Below are positions 48,459-58,234 of a DNA stretch of 64,000 nucleotides, piece after piece. The position numbers and the translations under genes were made by a program. The stretch is from Candidatus Promineifilaceae bacterium (GTDB taxonomy: Bacteria > Chloroflexota > Anaerolineae > Promineifilales > Promineifilaceae), in NCBI GenBank assembly GCA_041748655.1, contig JBGTCV010000089.1, positions 7,987 to 71,986 on the forward strand, read 5' to 3'. Within the stretch, counting starts at the first letter, position 1, and the number at the start of each line of letters is the position of its first letter. The notes beneath the pieces were generated by a model that did not search any database, had not been told where the DNA came from, and saw only the letters and a program-made list of their open reading frames with translations.

Positions 48459-49622
48459 ATGTCAGCTTTGGAAAACCAGCTTAAGCAATATCGATTGGGC
48501 TTGATCGCCTCAGGTTTGTTAAATGTCGTTTTGATTGTACTGCTGCTGGTTTCCCGGAGCAGTGGTAGCGAAACGGCCGTTTCCCCCAACACGACCAGCA
48601 GCCCAGAAGTCGCCGCCCTGCCCAGCGCCACGGCCACAAATCCCTCACCAACCGAAACGGCAGCCAGCCTCCCCACACCAACCGCAACCTTGATACGTAC
48701 GGCCACACCTTTGCCCACAGACGAGCCAACGGCCGTTCCCACCGAGCCACCCGCTCCCACCGCAACGATACCCCCAACGCCAACAGTTCAACCCACAAAC
48801 GTACCCGGCCCCGACTGGCTGCGCTACTACAACCAGTTCCGCACCCAGTCTGGCCTGCCGCAATTGTCTGAAAACAGCACCTGGTCCGCAGGCAGCCTGG
48901 CCCACAGCCAATATATGATGTCCAACAGCCTGAGCATCCATGCCCAGGACCCCAATAAGCCAGGCTATTCCACCACCGGCAACGATGCGGGACAAAATGG
49001 CAACATCGCCATCAGCGGTTGGGAAGGTGCGTCTGATTTATGGTTCATTGATTACTGGATGACGGCCCCCTTCCACGCTGTGCCCATGCTCAATCCCCGC
49101 CTCACCCAGACTGGCTTTGGCGTTTTTCGTGATGCCAGCCACAGCTTCAAGATGACGGCCACAATTGATGTTTCCAATAAGCGCGATTTAGGCGAGATGC
49201 CTGCAGGCATCACCTACCCCGTCACCTATCCTCAAGACGGTGGCGAAGTTTGGGTGCTTAACTATACCCTGCCCGAATTCCCCAATCCGCTGACGGCATG
49301 TAATGGCCTACAAAAACCCACCGGCCCACCCCTCATCCTGCAGATTGGGGATGGCAGCCTGGTGCCCAGCGTCACGCAAACCGCGCTCACCAGCAGCGAT
49401 GGCACCACCCTAACCCACTGCGTCATCGACGAGACGCGCTACGTCAACAGCAACCAATTCCAGCAGGATCAAGGACGCAACATTTTGGACAAGCAAGACG
49501 CGATTGTATTGATTCCGGCACGGCCGTTTACCGTCGGCGAAACCTACACCGCCAGCGTCACGGTCAACGGCGAGACGATCGAATGGTCGTTTACGGCCGT
49601 TTCGCCCCCCACAGATTATTGA
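48459..49622 (+). CDS. Membrane-anchored CAP (SCP/PR-1-like) domain protein with a PT-rich linker
   Basis: N-terminal TM, Pro/Thr linker, then LRYYNQFRTQSGLPQL...AHSQYM...GHYTQ-like CAP motifs (WMTAPFHAVPMLNP). Confidence 0.55.
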   Translation: MSALENQLKQYRLGLIASGLLNVVLIVLLLVSRSSGSETAVSPNTTSSPEVAALPSATATNPSPTETAASLPTPTATLIRTATPLPTDEPTAVPTEPPAPTATIPPTPTVQPTNVPGPDWLRYYNQFRTQSGLPQLSENSTWSAGSLAHSQYMMSNSLSIHAQDPNKPGYSTTGNDAGQNGNIAISGWEGASDLWFIDYWMTAPFHAVPMLNPRLTQTGFGVFRDASHSFKMTATIDVSNKRDLGEMPAGITYPVTYPQDGGEVWVLNYTLPEFPNPLTACNGLQKPTGPPLILQIGDGSLVPSVTQTALTSSDGTTLTHCVIDETRYVNSNQFQQDQGRNILDKQDAIVLIPARPFTVGETYTASVTVNGETIEWSFTAVSPPTDY

Positions 49623-49669
49623 GATTGGGGACTGGAGAAGAGATTGAGCAAATCTCCAATCTCTAGTCT

Positions 49670-51559
49670 CTAATCTCCCCCCAAAACATCCATCACATTC
49701 GCCACCAGATCATACCGCCCAAACGCGGGCATGAGGTAGACGCCCTGGGTAAACGGCCGTAATTCCCCCAAAATCTCCTGCGCAATGGCCACCCCCTCCT
49801 GCGGCGGATCGCTGGCCTCGGCCATGCGCTGGCGCAGCGGCTCGGGAATAGACATGCCGGGCACTTCGTGATGGAGAAATTCAGCATTACGGCCGTTGTA
49901 CAACGGCTTCACCCCCACAATTAACGGCAGTATCTTTTCCTCGTAAGTGGCTTCGTACAAATCGACAAACTGCCTGGCCGCCGCCGGGTCAAACACCGGC
50001 TGCGTCAGGGCAAAATCTGCCCCGTTGCGGATTTTGCGGCGCAGCAGGGTCATCTCCCGCTCCGGATCGCTGGGCGTCAAATTAAGGGCGCAGCCCACCA
50101 TAAAATTGGTCGGCTGGTCGATGGAGTTGCCCGCCTTATCCAGCCCGCTGTTAAACTGCTGCTTGATCAAATGAATAAGACCCGTCGGCACAATGTCGTA
50201 GCCGTCCATCGCTTCGGGATAATCCCCGATTTTGGTCGGATCCCCCATCGTCACAAACAGGTTGCGGATGCCCATGGCATATGCCGCCAGCAAATCCCCC
50301 TGAATGCGCAATAAATTGCGCCCTCGTGTGGGAAAATGCAGCACCGTCTCCAGCCCGACCGCTTTTTGCACCAAGTGGGCCGCCGCCCAGGCGCTCATGC
50401 GCATCCGGGCCAGCGGGCTGTCGGCCAGGTTCAGCAGATTAGCCCCGGCTTCCTTGAGCATGTGCGCCCCCTCGATGAGGCGCTGGGTGGCAATGCCTTT
50501 GGGCGGGCTCATTTCCACGGTGATGACATAACGGCCGTTTGCCAAATTTTGGGCCAGCTGGGTAGGCGGATCGAGAACGGCCGTTGTCTGCTCCGCCTGG
50601 GTCATCACCTGAATCACCGGCAGCTCGATAGGCGACGGGCCGGGATGGTCCAGCGCGTGGCGCATGGCGGCGATGTGGGCCTCGTTGGTACCGCAGCAGC
50701 CACCCACCAGCACCGCCCCAGCCTGAACCAGCGCGTGGGTGTATTGGCCAAAATAGTCTGGCGTGGCCGGGTAGAGCACCCGCCCTCGCTCCGTTTGCTC
50801 TGGCCAACCGGCGTTGGGCGCGGCTGCCAGCAGCTTGTCTGGCACGATCTGGCGCATCATCAGCAGCAGGCGCAGCACCTGGGCCGGGCCGCCGCTGCAA
50901 TTGACGCCAATGGCGTCTACGTCCAGCGCCGCCAGCCGCTGGGCCACCACGTTGGGGGTGTGGCCCAGCAGGGTGCGGTCGTCGCGAGTGAAGGTCATCT
51001 GGCAAACGATGGGCAAATTGGGAGCCAGTTCGCGAGCAACGGCAACGGCCGTTTCCATTTCGTGTAAATCAGACATCGTTTCCAGCACCAGCAGATCGAT
51101 GCCGCCGTCCGCTGAGCCTGCGACAGTGGCCGTTAGCAGCGCCTCGATTTGCTCCCGAAAGGCGTCGGCCGCTTCGGCCAGGGTGACGCGCCCCAGCGGA
51201 GCCAATCGCACCCCCAGCGGTCCCACCGACCCCGCCAGCCACACTTCGCGAAAGGCGCTGTTCATAACGCGACGGGCAATGTTAACGGCCGTCTGGTTAA
51301 CCTCACGCACCTGCTGCTGCAAGCCATATTCCGCCAGCTTAAACCGGTTGGCCCCAAAGCTGTTCGTCTCGATGATGTCGGCCCCGGCCTCGATGTAGGC
51401 GCGGTGGATATCGGCCACAATGGCAGGCCGGGTGAGGTTGATGCCGTCGAAGCTGGTATCCATGGGAACACCCCGGCTGTGCAGCAGCGTGCCCATTGCC
51501 CCATCAAACAAAAACGGCCGCTCACGCAGCCGAGAAACAAACGTTTTTCTATCCATCAA
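49670..51559 (-). CDS. Bifunctional homocysteine S-methyltransferase / 5,10-methylenetetrahydrofolate reductase (YitJ-like)
   Basis: N-terminal FLFDGAMGTLL...IIETNSFGAN matches the Hcy-binding (MetH N-terminal-like) domain. The C-terminal ~300 aa match MetF (VTMGDP...FALTQPVFD). Confidence 0.85.
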   Translation of the reverse strand: MMDRKTFVSRLRERPFLFDGAMGTLLHSRGVPMDTSFDGINLTRPAIVADIHRAYIEAGADIIETNSFGANRFKLAEYGLQQQVREVNQTAVNIARRVMNSAFREVWLAGSVGPLGVRLAPLGRVTLAEAADAFREQIEALLTATVAGSADGGIDLLVLETMSDLHEMETAVAVARELAPNLPIVCQMTFTRDDRTLLGHTPNVVAQRLAALDVDAIGVNCSGGPAQVLRLLLMMRQIVPDKLLAAAPNAGWPEQTERGRVLYPATPDYFGQYTHALVQAGAVLVGGCCGTNEAHIAAMRHALDHPGPSPIELPVIQVMTQAEQTTAVLDPPTQLAQNLANGRYVITVEMSPPKGIATQRLIEGAHMLKEAGANLLNLADSPLARMRMSAWAAAHLVQKAVGLETVLHFPTRGRNLLRIQGDLLAAYAMGIRNLFVTMGDPTKIGDYPEAMDGYDIVPTGLIHLIKQQFNSGLDKAGNSIDQPTNFMVGCALNLTPSDPEREMTLLRRKIRNGADFALTQPVFDPAAARQFVDLYEATYEEKILPLIVGVKPLYNGRNAEFLHHEVPGMSIPEPLRQRMAEASDPPQEGVAIAQEILGELRPFTQGVYLMPAFGRYDLVANVMDVLGGD

Positions 51560-51639
51560 TTAACTCTTTGGAAGATGCGTGAAACGTGATTGGCAACCCC
51601 CGGTTGCTTCACGTTTCACGCTTCACGTTTCCCTGTTCT

Positions 51640-52713
51640 TTAATTTCCACCGTTGTAAAACAGCTCCTGAATCAGCACCGCAGCTTTCTGGTTATCCAAA
51701 ACCAGCACCGCCGCCCCGGCTTCCGTACGGAAGCTGGATACATAATCATAGTCCAACACATCGTTACGAATATTTTCTGAATCAACACTGTTGGCGGCTG
51801 TGGCCAGACGAATCATCTGCTCCAGGCTAAGATCGGTGCGGACGCCATTTTCCACCTGCCGGTACAGGTTGCCAGCCTGGGCAATCATACCGGTAAAGCC
51901 AAGCGCGGTCACTTTTTGCCTTACGGCCAGTAAAAGCTGCTGCTGGCGGGCAGCCCGGCCAAAATCGCTATCCTGATGGCGGGTGCGGGCATATTTTAGC
52001 GCCGTTTCCCCATCAAAATGTTGCAAACCGGCCGGAATAAAGAGGGGATCAAAGCCATAATTCATGTCAGGGTAGGTTGGATCATTAATAGCCACCGGCA
52101 CAAACACATCGATGCCGCCCAATGCATCGACCCCTTTGGTAACAGCACTAAAATCAACCAGAATGTAATGATTGACGGGTACACCAAGATTGTATTCAAC
52201 CGTTTGCATGGCCAGCGCCGCGCCGCCCGCCGGATTGTTTCCCGTCGATCCATAAACAAAGGCGGTGTTAATACGGTCCCGCCCTCGTCCGGGAATGAGG
52301 ACATACAAATCACGCGGAATAGACAAGATCGAAACGGATTCGGTTACGGGATCGAGTGAAATCAGCATCATGGTATCGGTGCGAGAGATGAACGCTTCGC
52401 CGGGGCGGCGGTCGATGCCCATGAGCAGGATGTTAACCCGTTCGCTGCCCCCCCACGGTTCGCTGGTAGGAATGAGGGTGGGGGTTGGCTGGCCTGGCGG
52501 CAGGGTGGGTACGTCGGATGGGCCAGTCTGCTCCAGCGACAAATCGACCCCGGCAATAGCGGCAACGGATTGCTCCAGCGGGTTCAGTGGTCGGTTCCAC
52601 ATGACCTGAAAGGTGAAGTAGGCAAAAATAACGACCGCAATGCCAGAAAAGACGAAGGCTATGGAAAGCAAATAGGTCAGCCAATTAGGTAAAATAGGTT
52701 GTGAGGTTCGCAA
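51640..52713 (-). CDS. LCP (LytR-CpsA-Psr) family cell-envelope phosphotransferase
   Basis: N-terminal TM. RVNILLMGIDRR...RTDTMMLISLDP...ILSIPRDLYV LCP core. Confidence 0.85.
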   Translation of the reverse strand: MRTSQPILPNWLTYLLSIAFVFSGIAVVIFAYFTFQVMWNRPLNPLEQSVAAIAGVDLSLEQTGPSDVPTLPPGQPTPTLIPTSEPWGGSERVNILLMGIDRRPGEAFISRTDTMMLISLDPVTESVSILSIPRDLYVLIPGRGRDRINTAFVYGSTGNNPAGGAALAMQTVEYNLGVPVNHYILVDFSAVTKGVDALGGIDVFVPVAINDPTYPDMNYGFDPLFIPAGLQHFDGETALKYARTRHQDSDFGRAARQQQLLLAVRQKVTALGFTGMIAQAGNLYRQVENGVRTDLSLEQMIRLATAANSVDSENIRNDVLDYDYVSSFRTEAGAAVLVLDNQKAAVLIQELFYNGGN

Positions 52714-52942
52714 TACAAACTCCTAAAGATAGCATAGCCAATAAATTATTTTAAACAGGCTGCATTATACACGGAAACGGCCGTCTCGCAGGGCAAAAAA
52801 GTGGTGATTTCCCTACGTTTACCCTCATTTTATCTGGCTGAAAGATGTTAACAAAATAGAAAATGTAGTTAAAAAACGTTGACTTACGGCCGTTTTACGA
52901 TAGATTTGCCTTATACCTGATTTCAAGGACTGTGAGAAACTT

Positions 52943-53968
52943 ATGAATCCACTAACCCCCAAAATTGTAGATAAATTCGGCCGTGCCATCCGGGATTTGC
53001 GCATTTCTGTCATTGATAAATGTAACTTCCGCTGCCCCTACTGCATGCCCGCCGAAATTTTCGGCGCAGATTACAACTTCCTCACCAACGACCAGCTGCT
53101 GAGCGATGATGAAATTGTGCGGTTGGCGGGGCTGTTTGCCCAACTGGGCGTCACCAAGTTTCGCCTGACGGGGGGCGAGCCCCTGATTCGGCCCAACCTG
53201 CCCGCGCTCATCGCCCGGCTGGCCCAGATTCCTGGCATCGAAGATTTGGCGCTGACGACCAACGGCTACTACCTCGCCAAACAGGCCGTGGCGCTGAAGG
53301 AAGCGGGCCTGCACCGGCTGACGATTAGTTTGGACTCGCTGGACAATGAGGTGTTTCAGGTGTTAAACGGCCGTCGCTCCACCGTAGACCACGTTTTAAA
53401 TGGCCTGGCCGCCGCCGAAGCTGCCGGCTTCAAAAAGATAAAAATTAACTGCGTCGTCAAAAAAGGGGTCAATGACCATACCCTGGTCGATTTAGCCCGG
53501 CACTTCAAAGGCAGTGGCCACATCCTGCGCTACATCGAGTACATGGACGTGGGCAATCTGAACGGCTGGAAGCTGGATGATGTGGTGACAGCCGAGGAAA
53601 TTCTGGCCAAAATCGATGCCGCAATGCCCCTCCAGCCTGTGGCCCCGAACTACCAGGGAGAAGTGGCCAACCGCTACCGTTACCTGGACGGTGAAGGCGA
53701 AATTGGCGTTATCGCCTCGGTAACAAAGCCGTTCTGCGGAGACTGCACCCGCGCCCGCCTTTCCAGCGCCGGAGAGTATTACACCTGCCTCTTTGCCCAC
53801 AACGGCACCGATTTACGCGCCCCGCTGCGCGAAGGTGCCAGCGATAACGAGATGCTCCAGCGCATCGGCGGCGTTTGGGAACGCCGCACCGACCGCTACT
53901 CTGAGCTGCGCACCTCCTTCACCCGCCTCCCCGCCAAAGGCGCGGAGATGTACCGGTTGGGTGGGTAA
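52943..53968 (+). CDS. moaA: GTP 3',8-cyclase (molybdenum cofactor biosynthesis, radical SAM)
   Basis: LRISVIDKCNFRCPYCMP CxxxCxxC cluster; C-terminal second Fe-S cysteines CGDCTRARLS. Confidence 0.9.
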   Translation: MNPLTPKIVDKFGRAIRDLRISVIDKCNFRCPYCMPAEIFGADYNFLTNDQLLSDDEIVRLAGLFAQLGVTKFRLTGGEPLIRPNLPALIARLAQIPGIEDLALTTNGYYLAKQAVALKEAGLHRLTISLDSLDNEVFQVLNGRRSTVDHVLNGLAAAEAAGFKKIKINCVVKKGVNDHTLVDLARHFKGSGHILRYIEYMDVGNLNGWKLDDVVTAEEILAKIDAAMPLQPVAPNYQGEVANRYRYLDGEGEIGVIASVTKPFCGDCTRARLSSAGEYYTCLFAHNGTDLRAPLREGASDNEMLQRIGGVWERRTDRYSELRTSFTRLPAKGAEMYRLGG

Positions 53969-54049
53969 CTAAAAACGACTTGTAGGCCAATCTGACCCTC
54001 CCTCGCCCTGGGTGGCCTCATTGTTCAGGATGTGTAAAATTAAGCTGTC

Positions 54050-57000
54050 ATGTTGCTTGTTTTTCGTCTCCTGACCCAATTTTGGCAGCGGCACAAACGG
54101 CATTTTCTTCTTTGGACGGGGCTCGTGCTGCTCACCTTTAGCACCATTTTGCTAGGGATCGATCGTTTGCCTGGCGGCGATTTCTCCGGCCAATTCCACG
54201 CCTTCGCTCTGTTTCAGGCGCGTGAAATAGCAGCGGGACGGTTACCCCTTTGGTCCCCCGGCAGCTACGGCGGCTTTCCCTTTGTGGCCGATCCGCAAGC
54301 GGCCGTTTTTTATCCTCTGCGCTGGCTGACCATTCTTGTCTCTCTGCCCTGGGGATACTCCTACTATTTGCTCGAGTTAGAAGCCATCCTTCATATCTGG
54401 CTGGCCGGGTTGTTTACCTATCTGCTGGCCTATGACCTCCTGCGGAGACGAGATGCAGCGCTTGTCAGCGGCATCATTTTTGGGCTGGGTGGCTACCTTA
54501 CTTCTTACCCACTCCTCCAATTGGCCATTTTAGAAACGATCACCTGGCTGCCGTTGGTTTTGCTGTTGGTGCGCCGGGCGTTGGCTGAAGAGACGGCTGT
54601 TCAGTTACGGCCGTTACTCATCGCCGCTCTCGTTTTGGGAATCGCCTTCACAGCGGGTCATCCGCAAACATTTTTGCAAATAAGCTACCTTACGTTGGTC
54701 TATGCTCTCTACCTGACCTGGCAGCGAGGTTGGTCAGCCGGAACGATCCTAAAAGCAGGCGTTATCACCGGAGCCGTGACGCTGGGCACAGCAGTCACCT
54801 GGCTGCCGATAGCGGCCTACACCCAGGCCAGTTCCCGCGCCGCCGTCGATTACAGTTTTGTGGCCGGGGGACTGCCTTTGGAAGATTTTCTCCAACTGTT
54901 TCTCCCGGGGACAATCTCCTTCTGGACCCCTGTAACCATAGGGACGGGCTCGCTGCTGCTGGTGCTTTTGGCCTGGCATGGCCGGGCCAGCTGGCGCGGT
55001 ACAGAGGCTGGATTTTGGGCAGGAACGGCCGTTGTCGCCGCTATCCTGTCATTGGGAGACAAAGGCTTTCTTTTTGCCATCCTTTACAAGCTGCTACCTG
55101 GCATGACTTTGTTCCGCTCTCAAGAGCGCTGGCTGGTATTCTTTAGCTTTAGCCTGGCGCTGCTGGCTGGATTTGGCCTGGTGATATGGCAAAACTGGAC
55201 GGCAGCCCGGCTAAAAACGGCCGTACGGCACTGGGCTATGGTGCTGCTGCTGCTGTTGTTGGGAACGGCCGTTAGCTTCCTGCTGGCTCCCTCCCTCACC
55301 TCACGCGACTGGCAACCCATCCTGCTGCAACGATTGTCCCTGCTGCTGGCTTTTGCTCTGCTCTTGTTTAAGCTGCGTTGGCCCAGGCTGCAATTCTGGC
55401 TGATTGCCCTACTGCTGGCTAGTGATTTGTATCTGACTACCCACGCCAGCCTGAACCGGGTGCGGCAGTCGCCCCAGGTATTTTGGCCGCAACCGGCCTG
55501 GCTCGATGTTTTGCAAAACGAAACGGCCGTTGGTCGGATCGATTCCCGCCTTATTTTTTGGAGCAATGTTGGCGAAATATACAATCTGGCCGATATTCGC
55601 GGTATCAGCCCATTGAAATATAAAAAGCTGGCCCAGCTGGAAAACCTGCCCCTGCCCCAGCGTTGGGCCTTGCTCAACGTTACCCATACTTTGCAGAAAC
55701 ATCCAGAACCGGACGTAGCGCTGACCCCTTTGGGTACGATCACCGAATCTATTGTGCCAGATGAACCGCTGCAAGCAACGCTGTACCGCCTGGATGCACC
55801 CCAGCCGTACGCCTGGATGATCTATGAGCTGTTGACCGCGCCGGATGATTCAACCGCCTTCGACCTTATCGCCGCGCCAGAATTTGATCTCAACCAACGA
55901 GTGGTTATCATCAACGCAAATGTTGCGGGGGTACAGCTACCTACCGAACCGCCTACGGTGGTCATACGGGAACGTCGCGCCGGATTTACCCAGCTGGAAG
56001 TCACAACCCAAACGGCTGGCATTTTGGTGCTGAGCGAATGGGATATGCCGGGCTGGCAGGTGCGGGTGAACGGCACAACCAGCGAAAGATTGACCGTCAA
56101 CTACGCTTTTCAGGGCGTGTGGCTGCCGCCGGGTACGCACACCGTTGTTTGGCGCTATCAGCCGTGGCAGGTAACGGCGGGCATTGTTGTTTCACTGCTC
56201 ATGGTGGGGGGAACGGCCGTCTTCCTCCAGCAACCCCGCACGTTTTCAGCTACCCCTCGGCGAGCTATACGGCTGCCCCAGCCCGTTTTCCTACGATTTA
56301 ATCTGCACCAAACCGACTCAAATCGATCCTGGCGCTGGTTTTTGCTGCTGCTAACTCTAGCCAGTTGGGCTGTTCGCCTCTTCAGCACTGCCAGCCAGGA
56401 GCTGCGCGGTGATGAAGGCTTCAGCTTTATGTTCGCCAGCTTACCCTTCAACCAGATTATTCCTCAGCTGCTTCCCGTAGGTGAACCACATTCGCCGCTG
56501 CATTACTTGCTGCTACATGGATTAATGGCCATCGCCGGGCAAAGCGAGTTTGTTATGCGGCTGCCCGCTCTTATTCCCGGCGTGCTGCTCATTCCCCTGA
56601 TGGCAGAATGGGGGCGGCTGGTGGCTGGACGGCGGGTTGGGGGAGTGGCGGCTTTGTTAACGGCCGTTTCTCAATCCCTCATTTGGCTCTCCCAAGACGT
56701 GCGCAACCAATACGCTGTCGCCATCTGCTTCACCGTGCTGGCCAGCATTTTATTAATCCGCGCCTGCCAACAACCACAACCATTTTGGCTGTGGCTAGGT
56801 TACGCGCTGGCGGCAGCCGCAGCGGCACATGGCCATTATTACGCCATCTTCGCTCTGGTTGCGCACGGGGCTTACATCTGGTTTCAACCCAAACGCTGGC
56901 AGCATTTACTTGCCTGGATGGCAGCAGGTGCGGTAGCAGCGTTACTGTTTTTGCCCTGGCCAATCATTACCTGGTCACAGTTAAGCGCCAAACATCTTTC

Positions 57001-58198
57001 CGAAACGCTCCACATCGCTTTACTCAACCATTTGCTAAGCATTGGGGAAATGTTGACTGTAGGCCCCGCTTTTGATCTGCCTCTGGCCCGGTGGGTGGTG
57101 TTGGCAGCCATTGGGCCACTGCTGGTAGGGTGGCTGTGGTGCTACCGCCGACAGCCGGCCTGGGCCTGGACCACGGCCGTCTGGTTGAGCAGCGCGACCT
57201 GGATAATCTATCTTCTGCGCTTCCGCCGCTCTATCTTCAATGATTATTACCTGTCGGTCATTGCCCCCGGCTGGTGGCTGCTAATTGCCATTGGTCTGGT
57301 CTCCCTGTGGCAGCAGCGGCGAATCTTGCTGGCTGCTGGTGGCTTGACCATTTTATTAGCCGCTAATTTGTTGAGCCTGGTTCATTATTACGCCCAACCA
57401 GAGGAATACCAGCGGTTTTTGGGGTATCGGGAGGTAGCAGACGTGTTGTCGGCAACAGAACAACCGGAAGATCTACTGCTGCTGCATTCACCGGACCCTG
57501 CTTTTGATTATTACTTGCGCAGCCTGAATCTGCCCCAAACACGCCAGCCAGAAACGTTTGGGATGTCTACGGCCGTTCTTGAAGCTAAAATCGCCGATCT
57601 GGCAGCAAGCTATGACCGCATCTGGTTTGTGCCAGTAGACGATAATATTGTGGACCCAACGGCCATTATCCCACGCTGGCTGGATTATCATCTACTGCAT
57701 GAGCTGGATCTGACTTTGCATAAACTACATTTACAGGCGTTCCGCCCCATCAGCAGCGTGGATACGGTTCTGCTGCCGCTCGACAAAAATCTGCACGATT
57801 GGCTGACATTGGTGGGATTTTACCTGACGGTAAACGGCCGTCCTATCGAGGTAGAATCATTTATCACTGCGCCTGGCGACACCATAACCCTCACGCTCGT
57901 CTGGCAAACACAGCAGAGCGTTCCGGCCGATTTCACCATCTTCGTCCACTTAATGGGCGAAGATGGCCAGCTCGTAACACAACAAGACAATATGCCTTTA
58001 TTCAACACACGCCCGACAACAGGTTGGCAGCCTGGGGAACGGTTCATCGACCGGTATGAATTGGTAATCCCAGAAAATGCACCGGGGCAGTCTGCGATGC
58101 TGCTGGTGGGGATGTATGATGCTGCAACGGGGGAGCGGCAATCGTTTGGCCAGGGAGAAACGGCCGTACCGCTGGGGATGGTGATGATACGGCCGTAA
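54050..58198 (+). CDS. Giant polytopic membrane protein: N-terminal YfhO-like GT-C module fused to a C-terminal PMT/ArnT-like (GT39/GT83-type) GT-C module
   Basis: The N-terminal half resembles the YfhO family (LWSPGSYGGFPFVADPQAAVFYP). At about residue 780, LRGDEGFSFMFA...HSPLHYLLLHG resembles the dolichyl/undecaprenyl-phosphate sugar-dependent PMT_2/ArnT family. Dozens of TM helices. Confidence 0.65.
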   Translation: MLLVFRLLTQFWQRHKRHFLLWTGLVLLTFSTILLGIDRLPGGDFSGQFHAFALFQAREIAAGRLPLWSPGSYGGFPFVADPQAAVFYPLRWLTILVSLPWGYSYYLLELEAILHIWLAGLFTYLLAYDLLRRRDAALVSGIIFGLGGYLTSYPLLQLAILETITWLPLVLLLVRRALAEETAVQLRPLLIAALVLGIAFTAGHPQTFLQISYLTLVYALYLTWQRGWSAGTILKAGVITGAVTLGTAVTWLPIAAYTQASSRAAVDYSFVAGGLPLEDFLQLFLPGTISFWTPVTIGTGSLLLVLLAWHGRASWRGTEAGFWAGTAVVAAILSLGDKGFLFAILYKLLPGMTLFRSQERWLVFFSFSLALLAGFGLVIWQNWTAARLKTAVRHWAMVLLLLLLGTAVSFLLAPSLTSRDWQPILLQRLSLLLAFALLLFKLRWPRLQFWLIALLLASDLYLTTHASLNRVRQSPQVFWPQPAWLDVLQNETAVGRIDSRLIFWSNVGEIYNLADIRGISPLKYKKLAQLENLPLPQRWALLNVTHTLQKHPEPDVALTPLGTITESIVPDEPLQATLYRLDAPQPYAWMIYELLTAPDDSTAFDLIAAPEFDLNQRVVIINANVAGVQLPTEPPTVVIRERRAGFTQLEVTTQTAGILVLSEWDMPGWQVRVNGTTSERLTVNYAFQGVWLPPGTHTVVWRYQPWQVTAGIVVSLLMVGGTAVFLQQPRTFSATPRRAIRLPQPVFLRFNLHQTDSNRSWRWFLLLLTLASWAVRLFSTASQELRGDEGFSFMFASLPFNQIIPQLLPVGEPHSPLHYLLLHGLMAIAGQSEFVMRLPALIPGVLLIPLMAEWGRLVAGRRVGGVAALLTAVSQSLIWLSQDVRNQYAVAICFTVLASILLIRACQQPQPFWLWLGYALAAAAAAHGHYYAIFALVAHGAYIWFQPKRWQHLLAWMAAGAVAALLFLPWPIITWSQLSAKHLSETLHIALLNHLLSIGEMLTVGPAFDLPLARWVVLAAIGPLLVGWLWCYRRQPAWAWTTAVWLSSATWIIYLLRFRRSIFNDYYLSVIAPGWWLLIAIGLVSLWQQRRILLAAGGLTILLAANLLSLVHYYAQPEEYQRFLGYREVADVLSATEQPEDLLLLHSPDPAFDYYLRSLNLPQTRQPETFGMSTAVLEAKIADLAASYDRIWFVPVDDNIVDPTAIIPRWLDYHLLHELDLTLHKLHLQAFRPISSVDTVLLPLDKNLHDWLTLVGFYLTVNGRPIEVESFITAPGDTITLTLVWQTQQSVPADFTIFVHLMGEDGQLVTQQDNMPLFNTRPTTGWQPGERFIDRYELVIPENAPGQSAMLLVGMYDAATGERQSFGQGETAVPLGMVMIRP

Positions 58199-58234
58199 CG
58201 CATTAGAAAAGTTCCACAGGAAATCTTACATGCC

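Noticed and set aside
50336-51067. 243-aa plus-strand ORF
   Set aside because: Antisense to the bifunctional homocysteine methyltransferase/MTHFR gene.
51578-51625. Hairpin GCGTGAAACGTGA...TCACGTTTCACGC upstream of the metH/metF-like gene, considered as a SAM riboswitch
   Set aside because: The 80-nt spacer is too short for S-box/SAM-I. It is more simply a terminator for the upstream LCP gene.
52780-52942. Possible Moco riboswitch upstream of moaA
   Set aside because: I could not recognise the conserved Moco-RNA motif elements by eye. Only a weak promoter-like sequence is present, and an Infernal scan would be needed.
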